Source: an uncultured Gemmatimonadales bacterium
GTDB taxonomy: Bacteria; Gemmatimonadota; Gemmatimonadetes; Gemmatimonadales; Gemmatimonadaceae
DNA length: 64,000 nt
Reading direction: 5' to 3'
NCBI GenBank assembly: GCA_963851265.1
Contig: CAWKNZ010000003.1
Span: forward strand, 64,001 to 128,000
Shown here: one piece after another, positions 19,563 through 28,878 of the stretch
How positions within the stretch are numbered: the first letter of the stretch is position 1
How the letters are laid out: each line of letters starts with the position of its first letter
The notes under the pieces: model-generated
What the model was told of the DNA's origin: nothing
What the model saw: the letters and a program-made list of their open reading frames with translations, nothing else
Databases searched by the model: none
Program-made: the position numbers and the translations under genes

Positions 19563-22500
19563 GTGACTGACCGCCTTCCGCCTTCCGCCGTGACGCCCCC
19601 GCCCGCCGTCGCCGTTCCGACGTACGTCGGCCCGGAGCGCCGCGGCCCCGACCGCCTCCCGGTCTTTCTCGAGCCGACGGGGCGCCGGTGGGAGCGGATC
19701 CGCAGCACGGTCCGCGCGGTCGCGGTGGTCACGAGCCTGCTCGCCCTCGTCGTCGTCGTCGTCGCCCTCGTCGCGCCGAACCTCGGCGGACTCGGGAACA
19801 CGCTGCTCCCCGAGCATCGCGTGCTCGGCCACCCCGCACGGTTGCTGCTCACGAAGAACGCCCGCCAGCGCGCCATCCAGGAGAACCGGCTGTACGGCGC
19901 GCTCAAGGCCAACCGCACGCCCAAGGGCGTGCGCGCCTCCGAGATTCGCGTCGACCCGCGGGCCAAGAAGCCCGGCCGCGTCCCGCTCGCCGATGAGCGC
20001 ACCGATCCGATCGTCGCCGGCTTTTACGTGTCGTGGGACACCACGTCGCGCGTGTCGCTCGCGCGCTACGTCAAGCACCTCGACTGGGTGGTCGGCGAGT
20101 TCGCCTTCGTCGACTCCACCGGCGACTCGCTGCAGGTCAAGGTCGACAAGCGCATCTTCGACATCGTCGACACGGTCGCCGAGGCCGAACGGCCGCGCGT
20201 CTTCCTCATGGTGTCCAACGCCTTCCGCGGCGAGTTCACGCCGCGCGCCCTCGTTCGCCTCACGGGCAGCGCCGCCGGCCGCACGCGCGCGGTGACCCAG
20301 CTCGTCGCCGCCGTGCGCCAGTACGGCTTCGCCGGCGTCACGCTCGACTTCGAGAACTTCCCCCCGTCGGCCGACCCCGGGCTCCTCGCCTTCGCGCGCG
20401 AGCTGCACGACGCGCTCAAGCCCGCCGGCGCGATCCTCACCCAGACCATCGCCACCGACGAGATCGAAGCCGAACGCGCCGCGCGGTACGCGTCGTTCAG
20501 CGACTACGTGTTCCTGATGCTCTACGACGAGCACTACAACACGAGCGGCGCGGGTCCGGTGGCCAGCCAGGCGTGGTTCGAGGCGCACGCGCGCGATTAC
20601 CTGCGCTACATCCCCGCCCGCAAGTCGATCGTCGCACTCGGCGCCTACGGCTACGACTGGAACGACGCGGAGTCGAAGGTCACGACGGTCAAGTTCCAGG
20701 ACGTGATCGAGTTCGCGCGCAACAACGCGGCGACGATGCAGTGGGACGCCCGGTCGCTCAACCCGTACATCACCTGGACCGACCCCGACTCGACCGACCA
20801 CGTCGTCTGGTACCTCGACGGCGCGAGCGCGTTCAACCAGGCGCGCGCCGCGATGCGCATGGGCGTCGCGGGCCTCGGCGTCTGGCGCCTCGGCTCTGAA
20901 GACCCGTCGATGTGGCGCGTGATCGACCGCGCGGGCGTCGCGGCCAGCCCCGCGCCCCTCGCCACCATCGACTCGCTCTACGACGTGGACTTCGTCGGCA
21001 CCGGCGAGGTGCTCAAGATCATCGCCACGCCCACCGCCGGCGCGCGCACCCTCACGGTCGACCCCAACACCGGCTTCGTCACCGGACAGACCGTCACCGC
21101 GCTTCCCTCGCCCTACATCGTGCAGCGTGCGGGCGCGCACCCGGGCAACCCGCCCGGGAAGGGCGGTCGCAAGATCGCCCTCACCTTCGACGACGGCCCC
21201 GACGGCCAGTGGACGCCGCCGATCCTCGACACGCTCAAACGGTACGGCGTACCGGCGACGTTCTTCGTGATCGGGCAGAACGTGCAGAACCACCTCGCCC
21301 TCACGCGTCGCGTGTACCGCGAGGGGCACGAGATCGGGAACCACACCTACACGCACCCCAACCTCGCGCTCGAGCCGCGCTGGCTGCAGCGCCTCGAGAT
21401 CGACGCCACCGCGCGCATCCTCGAGGCCGCGCTCGACCGCCAGTCGGCCCTCTTCCGCCCGCCCTACTTCGGGGACGCCGAGCCGACCACCACCGACGAG
21501 CTCGGGCCGGTGAGCGTGGCCAGCCGCCTCGGCTTCGTCACGGCCGGCCTCCACCTCGACGGCGAGGACTGGGACCTCGCCAACACGCGCACGCCCGAGC
21601 AGATCGTCCAGAACGTGCTCGAGGCGCGCGACGCGCGCCCCCTCGACGGCAACGTCGTCCTGCTGCACGACGGCGGCGGCAACCGGCGGCTGACCGTCGC
21701 CGCGTTAGGCCCGCTCGTCGACTCGCTGCGCGCGCGCGGCGACACGCTCGTCCTCTTCTCCGAACTCACCGGGGTGCCGCGCGACGCGGCGATGCCGCCG
21801 CTCGCGCGCGGCAGCCTCGCGGTCCGCTGGCTCGAACTCGCCGGCTTCGGCCTCATCGGCGGCGGCGAGTGGGTGCTCTTCTGGGTGCTCACCGTCGCGG
21901 TCGTGCTCGGCCTCGCGCGGCTCGCCTTCATCATGACGCTCGCCGCCGTGCACCGCGTGCGCTCGGGCCGCGTCGCCGCGCGCCTCGACGCCCTCGCCGC
22001 GGAAGGGCGGCCCTCGCCGGGCCACGACTACGCGCCGAGCGTGAGCGTGATCGTCCCCGCGTACAACGAGGAGAAGGTCATCGTGAAGACGATCACCTCG
22101 CTCCTGACGCAGCGGTACGCCGGCCCGCTCGAGATCGTCGTCGTCGACGACGGCTCCCCCGACAGCACGTACGAGATCGCCGAGCACGCCTACGCCCAGC
22201 ACCCGCAGGTCTCCGTCTACACCAAGCCCAACGGCGGCAAGGCCAGCGCGCTCAACTACGGCATCGCCCGCGCGCGCGGCGAGATCGTCATCGGCCTCGA
22301 CGCCGACACGGTCTTCCTGCCCAACACCACCGCCGAGCTCATCGCCCCGCTCGCGGACCCGAAGGTGGGCGCGGTGGCCGGCAACGCGAAGGTCGGCAAC
22401 CGCGTCAACATCGTCACCCAGTGGCAAGCCGTCGAGTACGTGACGAGTCAGAACCTCGACCGGCGCGCCTTCGCCCTCCTCGACTGCATCACCGTCGTGC

Positions 22501-23198
22501 CGGGCGCCGTGGGCGCGTGGCGCCGCGCGCTCGTCCTCGAGGTGGGCGGCTTCAGCGACGACACCCTCGCCGAGGACCAGGACCTCACGCTCGAGATCCG
22601 CCGCCGCGGCTACTCGGTCGCCTACGCCGACCACGCCGTCGCCTACACCGAGGCGCCCGACACGCTCCGCGGCCTCGCCAAACAGCGCTTCCGTTGGAGC
22701 TTCGGCACCCTGCAGTGCATGTGGAAGCACCGCGACGTGCTGCTCCGCCCGCGCTACGGCTCGCTCGGCACGGTCGCGATGCCTAACGTGTGGATCTTCC
22801 AGCTCGTCTTCGCGGCGATCGGGCCCGTCGCCGACCTGATGTTCGTGCTGAGCATCCTGTCGGTGTGGCTCAACAAGCTGCAGCACGGCTCCACGTACGC
22901 GCTCGTCAACCTGCAGCAGATCCTCGCCTACTACGCGGTCTTCCTCGTCGTCGACTGGCTCGCCGCGGTGCTCGCCTTCCTCATGGAGCCGGGCGAGGAC
23001 AAGCGGCTCACCTGGCTCATCTTCCTGCAGCGCTTCGCCTACCGCCAGGTGATGTACTGGGTGGTGGTGCGCTCGTTCGCGGCCGCGCTGCGCGGCCGGG
23101 TCGTGGGCTGGGGTAAGCTCGACCGCACGGGCGCGGTCACCGTGCCGGGCGGCGCAGGAGGCGCGCGGCGGTGGTGGCAGCGGCCCCGCCCGGCCTAG
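19563..23198 (+). CDS. GH18-like / polysaccharide deacetylase (CE4) / GT2 glycosyltransferase fusion
   Basis: GH18-like GVTLDFE, MLYDEH, WRLGSED; NodB ALTFDDGP, GNHTYTH, FRPPY, LLHDGGG; GT2 PAYNE, VDDGS, DAD, AED, QRFRW, plus TM segments. Confidence 0.93.
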   Translation: MTDRLPPSAVTPPPAVAVPTYVGPERRGPDRLPVFLEPTGRRWERIRSTVRAVAVVTSLLALVVVVVALVAPNLGGLGNTLLPEHRVLGHPARLLLTKNARQRAIQENRLYGALKANRTPKGVRASEIRVDPRAKKPGRVPLADERTDPIVAGFYVSWDTTSRVSLARYVKHLDWVVGEFAFVDSTGDSLQVKVDKRIFDIVDTVAEAERPRVFLMVSNAFRGEFTPRALVRLTGSAAGRTRAVTQLVAAVRQYGFAGVTLDFENFPPSADPGLLAFARELHDALKPAGAILTQTIATDEIEAERAARYASFSDYVFLMLYDEHYNTSGAGPVASQAWFEAHARDYLRYIPARKSIVALGAYGYDWNDAESKVTTVKFQDVIEFARNNAATMQWDARSLNPYITWTDPDSTDHVVWYLDGASAFNQARAAMRMGVAGLGVWRLGSEDPSMWRVIDRAGVAASPAPLATIDSLYDVDFVGTGEVLKIIATPTAGARTLTVDPNTGFVTGQTVTALPSPYIVQRAGAHPGNPPGKGGRKIALTFDDGPDGQWTPPILDTLKRYGVPATFFVIGQNVQNHLALTRRVYREGHEIGNHTYTHPNLALEPRWLQRLEIDATARILEAALDRQSALFRPPYFGDAEPTTTDELGPVSVASRLGFVTAGLHLDGEDWDLANTRTPEQIVQNVLEARDARPLDGNVVLLHDGGGNRRLTVAALGPLVDSLRARGDTLVLFSELTGVPRDAAMPPLARGSLAVRWLELAGFGLIGGGEWVLFWVLTVAVVLGLARLAFIMTLAAVHRVRSGRVAARLDALAAEGRPSPGHDYAPSVSVIVPAYNEEKVIVKTITSLLTQRYAGPLEIVVVDDGSPDSTYEIAEHAYAQHPQVSVYTKPNGGKASALNYGIARARGEIVIGLDADTVFLPNTTAELIAPLADPKVGAVAGNAKVGNRVNIVTQWQAVEYVTSQNLDRRAFALLDCITVVPGAVGAWRRALVLEVGGFSDDTLAEDQDLTLEIRRRGYSVAYADHAVAYTEAPDTLRGLAKQRFRWSFGTLQCMWKHRDVLLRPRYGSLGTVAMPNVWIFQLVFAAIGPVADLMFVLSILSVWLNKLQHGSTYALVNLQQILAYYAVFLVVDWLAAVLAFLMEPGEDKRLTWLIFLQRFAYRQVMYWVVVRSFAAALRGRVVGWGKLDRTGAVTVPGGAGGARRWWQRPRPA

Positions 23199-23233
23199 CC
23201 ACGCGCCCGCGAAAGCCCGGCTACCTTGCGATC

Positions 23234-26200
23234 ATGACCGCGCCGTCAGCTCCACGGCCCCGCCCGCCGGCGGGCGGCCCATCGGCCGACGGCGCCGACG
23301 CGACCGGCGCGTCGAGGACGCCGGATCGGCGCGGGAACGGCACGTCGACGGGTGCGGCGTCGGTCGCGCCCGCCGGAGGGGGCCGGGCCGGCGACGACGC
23401 CGCCCGCCCCGTCGTCACCCCGGCCGCGGAGGCGCAGATCGCCGAGCGCACGCGCTGGATCGGACCCGCCATCGCCGTCGTGCTGTTCGCGGTCGCGCTC
23501 GTCGTCCTCCAGCGCGAGCTCGCCGCCTACCGTTTCGCCGACGTCACGCGCGCCTTCCACGCGATCCCCGGTTCGCGGCTCGGCACGGCGCTCGCCTTCA
23601 CGGCGCTGAGCTACGCGGTGCTCCCCGGATACGACGCGCTCGCACTCGCCTACGTGCGACGTGAGCTGCCGCTCCGCCGCGTCGCGTTCGCCTCGTTCCT
23701 CTCGTACGCCATCTCGCACACGCTCGGCTTCCCGGTGCTCACCGGCGGCGCCGTACGCGTGCGCTTCTGGAGCGGCTGGGGCCTTTCCACGGGCGAGATC
23801 GCGCAAGCCGTCAGCTTCGCCGGCTTCGCTTTCACGGTTGGCATGGTGCTCATGGCCGGCGTGGTGTTCGTCGCGGCACCGTCCGAAATGACGCGGCTGC
23901 TGCACCTGCCATTCGCGTCGCTGCAGCCCGTCGGGCTCGCCCTCCTCGCCCTCGTCGCCGCGTACGTGGCGTGGAGCGTCGTGACCGCCGTGCGCGGCGT
24001 GCAGGCCGAACCCGCGTACGGCCGCCGAGCCTTCGACCCGCCCGACACGGGTGGCACCGCCGCCGATGCCCGCGTGCACGAGGGGCCCGCCCTCGTCGCC
24101 TCGCCCACCGCGGGAGCGGGACTCACCCCCGTCATCCCCGTTCGCTCCGCGGGCCCCGACACCGCGATCGACGCGTCCGTCCTCTCCGACACCACGCCGC
24201 TCGCGCTCGACGCGGTGGTGCCCGACCGCACCGGTCCGCCAGGCACCGAGGGGCGCGGACGCGCGAGCGCCACGGGCCGCATCCGGATCGGCGGTTGGGC
24301 GTTCCCCGTCCCCAGCCCGCGCCTCGCGATCTCGCAGCTCGTCCTCGCCGCGCTCGACTGGACCATCGCCGGCGCGGTGCTCTGGGCGCTGCTCCCGCAC
24401 GGTGCCGACCTCGGGGCGGTCCCGTTCTTCCCGTTCCTCGGCGCGTTCCTCCTCGCCCAGTTCGCCGGCGTGCTGAGCCACGTGCCCGGCGGACTCGGCG
24501 TGTTCGAATCGCTGCTCGTGCTGCTGCTCGGCCGGTACGTGCCGGCAGCGCAGGTGCTCGGCGCCCTCGTCGCCTACCGCGCCGTCTACTACCTCCTGCC
24601 GTTCGTCACGGCGGTCGCGGCGTTCGGCGTCTACGAGACGCGACTGGGGCAGCACCGCGTCGCCATCGTCGCCGCGCGCAGCGCGCGCGCCTTCGGGCGC
24701 GTGGGGCCCGTCGTCGTGCCCGCGGCGCTCAGCTTCGCCACGTTCGCGGCCGGCGCGGTGCTGCTCGTCTCGGGCGCGACGCCCTCGCTTCACCATCGCC
24801 TCGTCGTCCTGCACACGGAGCTCCCGCTCGGCGTCATCGAGCTTTCGCACCTCGCCGCCTCGCTCGCCGGTGCCGCGCTCCTCGTCGTCGCGTGGGCCGT
24901 CCGCCGCCGCCTCGACGCGGCGTGGGGTCTCGCGGTCGCGCTGCTCGGCGTGGGCATAGTCGGCTCGCTGCTCAAGGGGCTCGACTACGAGGAGGCGATC
25001 GTTCTCACCCTCGTGCTGGCCGCCCTCCTGCCGAGTCGCAAGGCGTTCTACCGGAAGGCCGCCCTCATGAGCGAGTCCTTCACGCCGGGGTGGACGGTCG
25101 CGGTCGCCCTCGTGCTGGGCATCTCGGTCTGGCTCGGCTTCTTCTCGTACAAGCACGTCGAGTACTCCAACGACCTCTGGTGGCGTTTCACGGTCCGCGG
25201 CGACGCGCCCCGATTCCTCCGCGCCACGGTCGGCGCCGCCGGCGGGCTGCTCGTCTTCGGCCTGGCGCGGCTCCTCCGCCACGCCCCCGCCGACCCCGAG
25301 CCGCCAGCGCCGGCCGACCTCGCGCGCGCGGCCGCGGTCATCGCCACGGCCCCCAACACCGAAGCCAACCTCGCCCTCCTCGGCGACAAGTCGCTGCTCT
25401 TTTCGGCGCGCGGCAACGCCTTCGTCATGTACGGCGTGTCGGGCCGCAGCTGGGTCGCGTTAGGCGACCCCGTGGGGCCGGCCGACGAGCACGCGGAGCT
25501 CGCGTGGAAGTTCAAGGAGGCCGCCGACGAGCACGGCGGCTGGCCGGTGTTCTACCAGGTGAGCGTCGACCACCTGCCGCTCTACATCGACCTCGGCCTC
25601 ACGCTGTTGAAGCTCGGCGAGGAGGCGCGAATCCCGCTGCCCAAGTTCTCGCTCGACGGCGGCGCGCGGAAGAGCATGCGCCGCATCGTGAACGCGGTGG
25701 ACAAGACCGGCGCGAGTTTCGAGGTCGTCGGCCCCGAGCAGGTGCCGGCCCTGCTGCCCGAGCTGCGCCGCGTGAGCGACGCGTGGCTCGCGAGCAAGCG
25801 GGTGCGCGAGAAGGGCTTCTCGTTAGGCTACTTCGACGAGGACTATCTGCGCCACTTCCCGCTCGCCCTCGTCCGCGCCCCGCGCCGCGACGGCGGCGAT
25901 CGCACCGGCGACCAGATCGTCGCGTTCGCCAACCTCTGGACCGGCGCCGGAAAGCACGAGCTGTCCATGGACCTCATGCGCTACGCCCCCGAGGCGCCCG
26001 AGAGCGTGATGGAATACCTCTTCCTCCAACTCATGACCTGGGGCAAGGCGCAGGGCTTCGAGGAGTTCAACCTCGGCATGGCCCCGCTCTCCGGATTCGA
26101 GAGCCGGTCGCTCGCCCCGCTCTGGATTCGCGCCGGCGCCCTCGTGTACCAGCACGGCGAGAACTTCTACAATTTCCAGGGCCTCCGCCGCTACAAGGAG

Positions 26201-26323
26201 AAGTTCGACCCCGTCTGGGAACCGCGCTACCTCGCCTCACCCGGCGGACTCGCCCTGCCGCGCATCCTCGCCAACGTCACCGCGCTCATCTCGGGCGGGC
26301 TCAAGGGCGTGGTGGCGCGGTGA
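23234..26323 (+). CDS. mprF: bifunctional aminoacyl-phosphatidylglycerol flippase/synthetase MprF
   Basis: HVPGGLGVFE, LALLGDK, VALGDPVG, KLGEEA, EKGFSLG, DLMRY, LGMAPL, FYNFQGLRRYKEKF. Confidence 0.95.
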   Translation: MTAPSAPRPRPPAGGPSADGADATGASRTPDRRGNGTSTGAASVAPAGGGRAGDDAARPVVTPAAEAQIAERTRWIGPAIAVVLFAVALVVLQRELAAYRFADVTRAFHAIPGSRLGTALAFTALSYAVLPGYDALALAYVRRELPLRRVAFASFLSYAISHTLGFPVLTGGAVRVRFWSGWGLSTGEIAQAVSFAGFAFTVGMVLMAGVVFVAAPSEMTRLLHLPFASLQPVGLALLALVAAYVAWSVVTAVRGVQAEPAYGRRAFDPPDTGGTAADARVHEGPALVASPTAGAGLTPVIPVRSAGPDTAIDASVLSDTTPLALDAVVPDRTGPPGTEGRGRASATGRIRIGGWAFPVPSPRLAISQLVLAALDWTIAGAVLWALLPHGADLGAVPFFPFLGAFLLAQFAGVLSHVPGGLGVFESLLVLLLGRYVPAAQVLGALVAYRAVYYLLPFVTAVAAFGVYETRLGQHRVAIVAARSARAFGRVGPVVVPAALSFATFAAGAVLLVSGATPSLHHRLVVLHTELPLGVIELSHLAASLAGAALLVVAWAVRRRLDAAWGLAVALLGVGIVGSLLKGLDYEEAIVLTLVLAALLPSRKAFYRKAALMSESFTPGWTVAVALVLGISVWLGFFSYKHVEYSNDLWWRFTVRGDAPRFLRATVGAAGGLLVFGLARLLRHAPADPEPPAPADLARAAAVIATAPNTEANLALLGDKSLLFSARGNAFVMYGVSGRSWVALGDPVGPADEHAELAWKFKEAADEHGGWPVFYQVSVDHLPLYIDLGLTLLKLGEEARIPLPKFSLDGGARKSMRRIVNAVDKTGASFEVVGPEQVPALLPELRRVSDAWLASKRVREKGFSLGYFDEDYLRHFPLALVRAPRRDGGDRTGDQIVAFANLWTGAGKHELSMDLMRYAPEAPESVMEYLFLQLMTWGKAQGFEEFNLGMAPLSGFESRSLAPLWIRAGALVYQHGENFYNFQGLRRYKEKFDPVWEPRYLASPGGLALPRILANVTALISGGLKGVVAR

Positions 26324-27087
26324 GCGCGATCGAGACACCACCCTTCCGCGTCATGTACCGCCTCCTCGTCCTCCTGGCGGTGGCCGCGCGCCCACTCGCG
26401 GCACAACAGCCCGCCGCCGTCCCCGACGTGCGCGACCTGCCGCTGGTCGAAGTGGCCGCGGCGGCGACGCCCGCCACCGCGCCGTCCCCGGCCGCCCAAC
26501 GCGCGTTCGCCATCCTCATCACCGGCGACGGCGACTGGGCGGCGATCGACAAGGGCATCGCCGGCGCCGTCGCGGCCGGCGGCGTGCCCGTCGTGGGCCT
26601 CAAAATCCGCGCCTACCTCGAGCACGGCAAGCGCACGCCCGACGGCCTCGCGCGCGACGTCGAACGCCTCGCCCGCGCGTACGCGGCGCGCTGGAACCGC
26701 GACCGCGTCGTGCTGCTCGGCTTCTCGCGCGGGGCCGAGTTTGCGCCGTTCATCGTCAACCGGCTCGCCCCCGACGTGCGCGACCTCGTCGCCCTCGTCG
26801 GCATGTACGGCCCCGAGCAGAACGCGAGCTTCGAGTTCCACTTCTTCGACCTCTTCTCCAACCCGCACCGCGCGAGCGACGTCCCCGTCGCGCCCGAGTT
26901 CGCGCGCATGGTGGCGCGCCCGCAGCCCCGCGCATTCTGCGTCTACGGCGCCGACGAGCGCGAGTCGGCGTGCACCACCGCCCCCGACACGCCCACCCTG
27001 CACAAGATCGAACGCGGCGGCGCCCACCACTTCGACAAGAACTACCCCGGCCTCGGGCGCCTCGCGCTGGAAGAGCTCGCGCGATGA
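26320..27087 (+). CDS. AcvB/VirJ family aminoacyl-PG hydrolase (single hydrolase domain)
   Basis: GTGA overlap with the mprF stop (alternative ATG at 26353); signal peptide, DLPLVEV, TGDGDW, LGFSRGAE, CVYG, GAHHFD. Confidence 0.85.
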   Translation: MSAIETPPFRVMYRLLVLLAVAARPLAAQQPAAVPDVRDLPLVEVAAAATPATAPSPAAQRAFAILITGDGDWAAIDKGIAGAVAAGGVPVVGLKIRAYLEHGKRTPDGLARDVERLARAYAARWNRDRVVLLGFSRGAEFAPFIVNRLAPDVRDLVALVGMYGPEQNASFEFHFFDLFSNPHRASDVPVAPEFARMVARPQPRAFCVYGADERESACTTAPDTPTLHKIERGGAHHFDKNYPGLGRLALEELAR

Positions 27088-28376
27088 GCCACGCGCCCCA
27101 CACCGGCGACTCACGCGCAGCCACCTCCGAGACCGCACAGGTCCCCTGCCCGCTCGCCCTCACCCTCGCCGGCCGACTCCGCGACGCGCGCGACGACCTC
27201 ACCGCACGCTGGCTCGAGCGAATCACTCAGCGGGTCGCGCTCGACGCGAACCGCGTCTTCCCCACCGACGAACTGCTCGACCACGTCCCGCTCCTGCTCG
27301 CCGGCGTCGCCGACTACATCGAGAGCCCGGGCGCCGCGGTCCAGGCCGACTCGGCCGTCATGGCGAAGGCCATGGAGTTAGGCGCACTCCGCCACTCGCA
27401 GGGCTTCGACGCCTACGAGGTGCTGAAGGAGTACGAGATCCTCGGCGGCATCGTCTTCGCCTACCTCACCACCGTCGTCGACCAGATCCCCGAGGAGTGC
27501 TCGCGCGCGGAGCTGTTCGTGTGCGCGCACCGCGTGTTCCACGCGATCACCCTCATCCAGCAAGCGACCACCGTCCAGTTCCTGCAGCGCACCACCGAGC
27601 GCCTGCACGAGCGCGACGAGCGCCTGCGCGCCTTCAACCGCACGCTCGCCCACGAGTTCCGCAACCGCATCGGCGCGGCCTCGGGCGCGGCCCAGCTGTT
27701 AGGCCTCGTCGAACTTCCCGAGACCGACCGGCGCGCGATGGCCGACGTGGTCGTGCGCAACGTCGACGGGATGCGCGCCACGCTCGAGAACCTGCTCGAG
27801 CTCTCGCGCATGGGCCAGGCCGACACTCGGCAGCAGCGCCACGTGCTGCTCCCGCGCGCCGCCGCCGAGGTGGCGCGCTCGCTCCGCGACTTCGCCGCCG
27901 CGCACCGCGTCGACGTGCGCGTCGACGCGCTCCCCGACGTCGAAGTCAACGCGGCCGCCGTCGAGCTCTGCCTCACGAACCTCGTCTCCAACGCCGTCAA
28001 GTACGCCGACCCCGCCAAGCCCGTCCGCTGGGTTGTCGTCGACGGCGAGCTCGCCTCCGACGCCGACGAGGGCCGCGAGGTGGTCATCCGCGTCCGCGAC
28101 AACGGCCTCGGCGTCCCCGAGCCGCAGCGCGAGGGGCTCTTCCGCCGCTTCTTCCGCGCCCACGAGCACTCCGCCTCGCACGTCGAGGGCACCGGCCTCG
28201 GCCTCAGCATCGTCCGCGAGACCGTGCGTGCGTTAGGCGGCCGCGTCTGGGCCGAGTTCCCCGACGTGGGTACCGTCTTCGCCTTCGCCCTCCCCGCGCG
28301 CCGCGGGACCGACCGCTCTCCCGCCGCTGCCGCCCCCACCGCTGCCGCCCCTGCCGCGGGCGACCCCGCAGCGTGA
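27084..28376 (+). CDS. cytoplasmic sensor histidine kinase with RsbRD-like N-terminal domain
   Basis: AHEFRN H-box, NLVSNAVKY, DNGLG, GTGLGL; no TM segment; ATGA overlap with the upstream stop. Confidence 0.9.
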   Translation: MSHAPHTGDSRAATSETAQVPCPLALTLAGRLRDARDDLTARWLERITQRVALDANRVFPTDELLDHVPLLLAGVADYIESPGAAVQADSAVMAKAMELGALRHSQGFDAYEVLKEYEILGGIVFAYLTTVVDQIPEECSRAELFVCAHRVFHAITLIQQATTVQFLQRTTERLHERDERLRAFNRTLAHEFRNRIGAASGAAQLLGLVELPETDRRAMADVVVRNVDGMRATLENLLELSRMGQADTRQQRHVLLPRAAAEVARSLRDFAAAHRVDVRVDALPDVEVNAAAVELCLTNLVSNAVKYADPAKPVRWVVVDGELASDADEGREVVIRVRDNGLGVPEPQREGLFRRFFRAHEHSASHVEGTGLGLSIVRETVRALGGRVWAEFPDVGTVFAFALPARRGTDRSPAAAAPTAAAPAAGDPAA

Positions 28377-28837
28377 GCGGCATCACCTGGCGTGTCGCCG
28401 CGTTCCACGACCTCTCCCTCGGCGACCTGTACGCCGCGCTCCAGCTCCGCTCCCTCGTCTTCGTCGTCGAGCAGACGTGCCCCTTCCTCGACCTCGACGG
28501 CGACGACGACCGCGCCTGGCACCTGCTCGGCTGGCATGAGCGCGACGGCGGCCCGCGGCTCGCCGCGTACGCCCGCCTCTTCGCCCCGGGCATCAAGTAC
28601 GCCGAAGCCTCCATCGGCCGCGTCGTCACCCACCCCGACGTCCGCCGATCCGGCGCCGGCCGCGCCCTCATGGCAGAGGCCATCGCTCGGTTAGGCACCC
28701 TCGCCCCGGGTGCCCCCGTCCGCATCGGCGCGCAGAAATACCTCGAGCAGTTCTACGCCCGATTCGGCTTCACCCGCGCCGGCGACGACTACCTGGAAGA
28801 CGGCATCGTCCACCTCGAGATGACGCGCCCCGCGTAA
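28373..28837 (+). CDS. elaA: GNAT family N-acetyltransferase (ElaA-like)
   Basis: LRSLVFVVEQTCPFLDLDG, SIGRVV, GAQKYL, YLEDGIVH. Confidence 0.9.
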   Translation: MSGITWRVAAFHDLSLGDLYAALQLRSLVFVVEQTCPFLDLDGDDDRAWHLLGWHERDGGPRLAAYARLFAPGIKYAEASIGRVVTHPDVRRSGAGRALMAEAIARLGTLAPGAPVRIGAQKYLEQFYARFGFTRAGDDYLEDGIVHLEMTRPA

Positions 28838-28878
28838 GCCTCGAACGCCGGGCGGGGCCTATCGGCCGCCGACCACCC

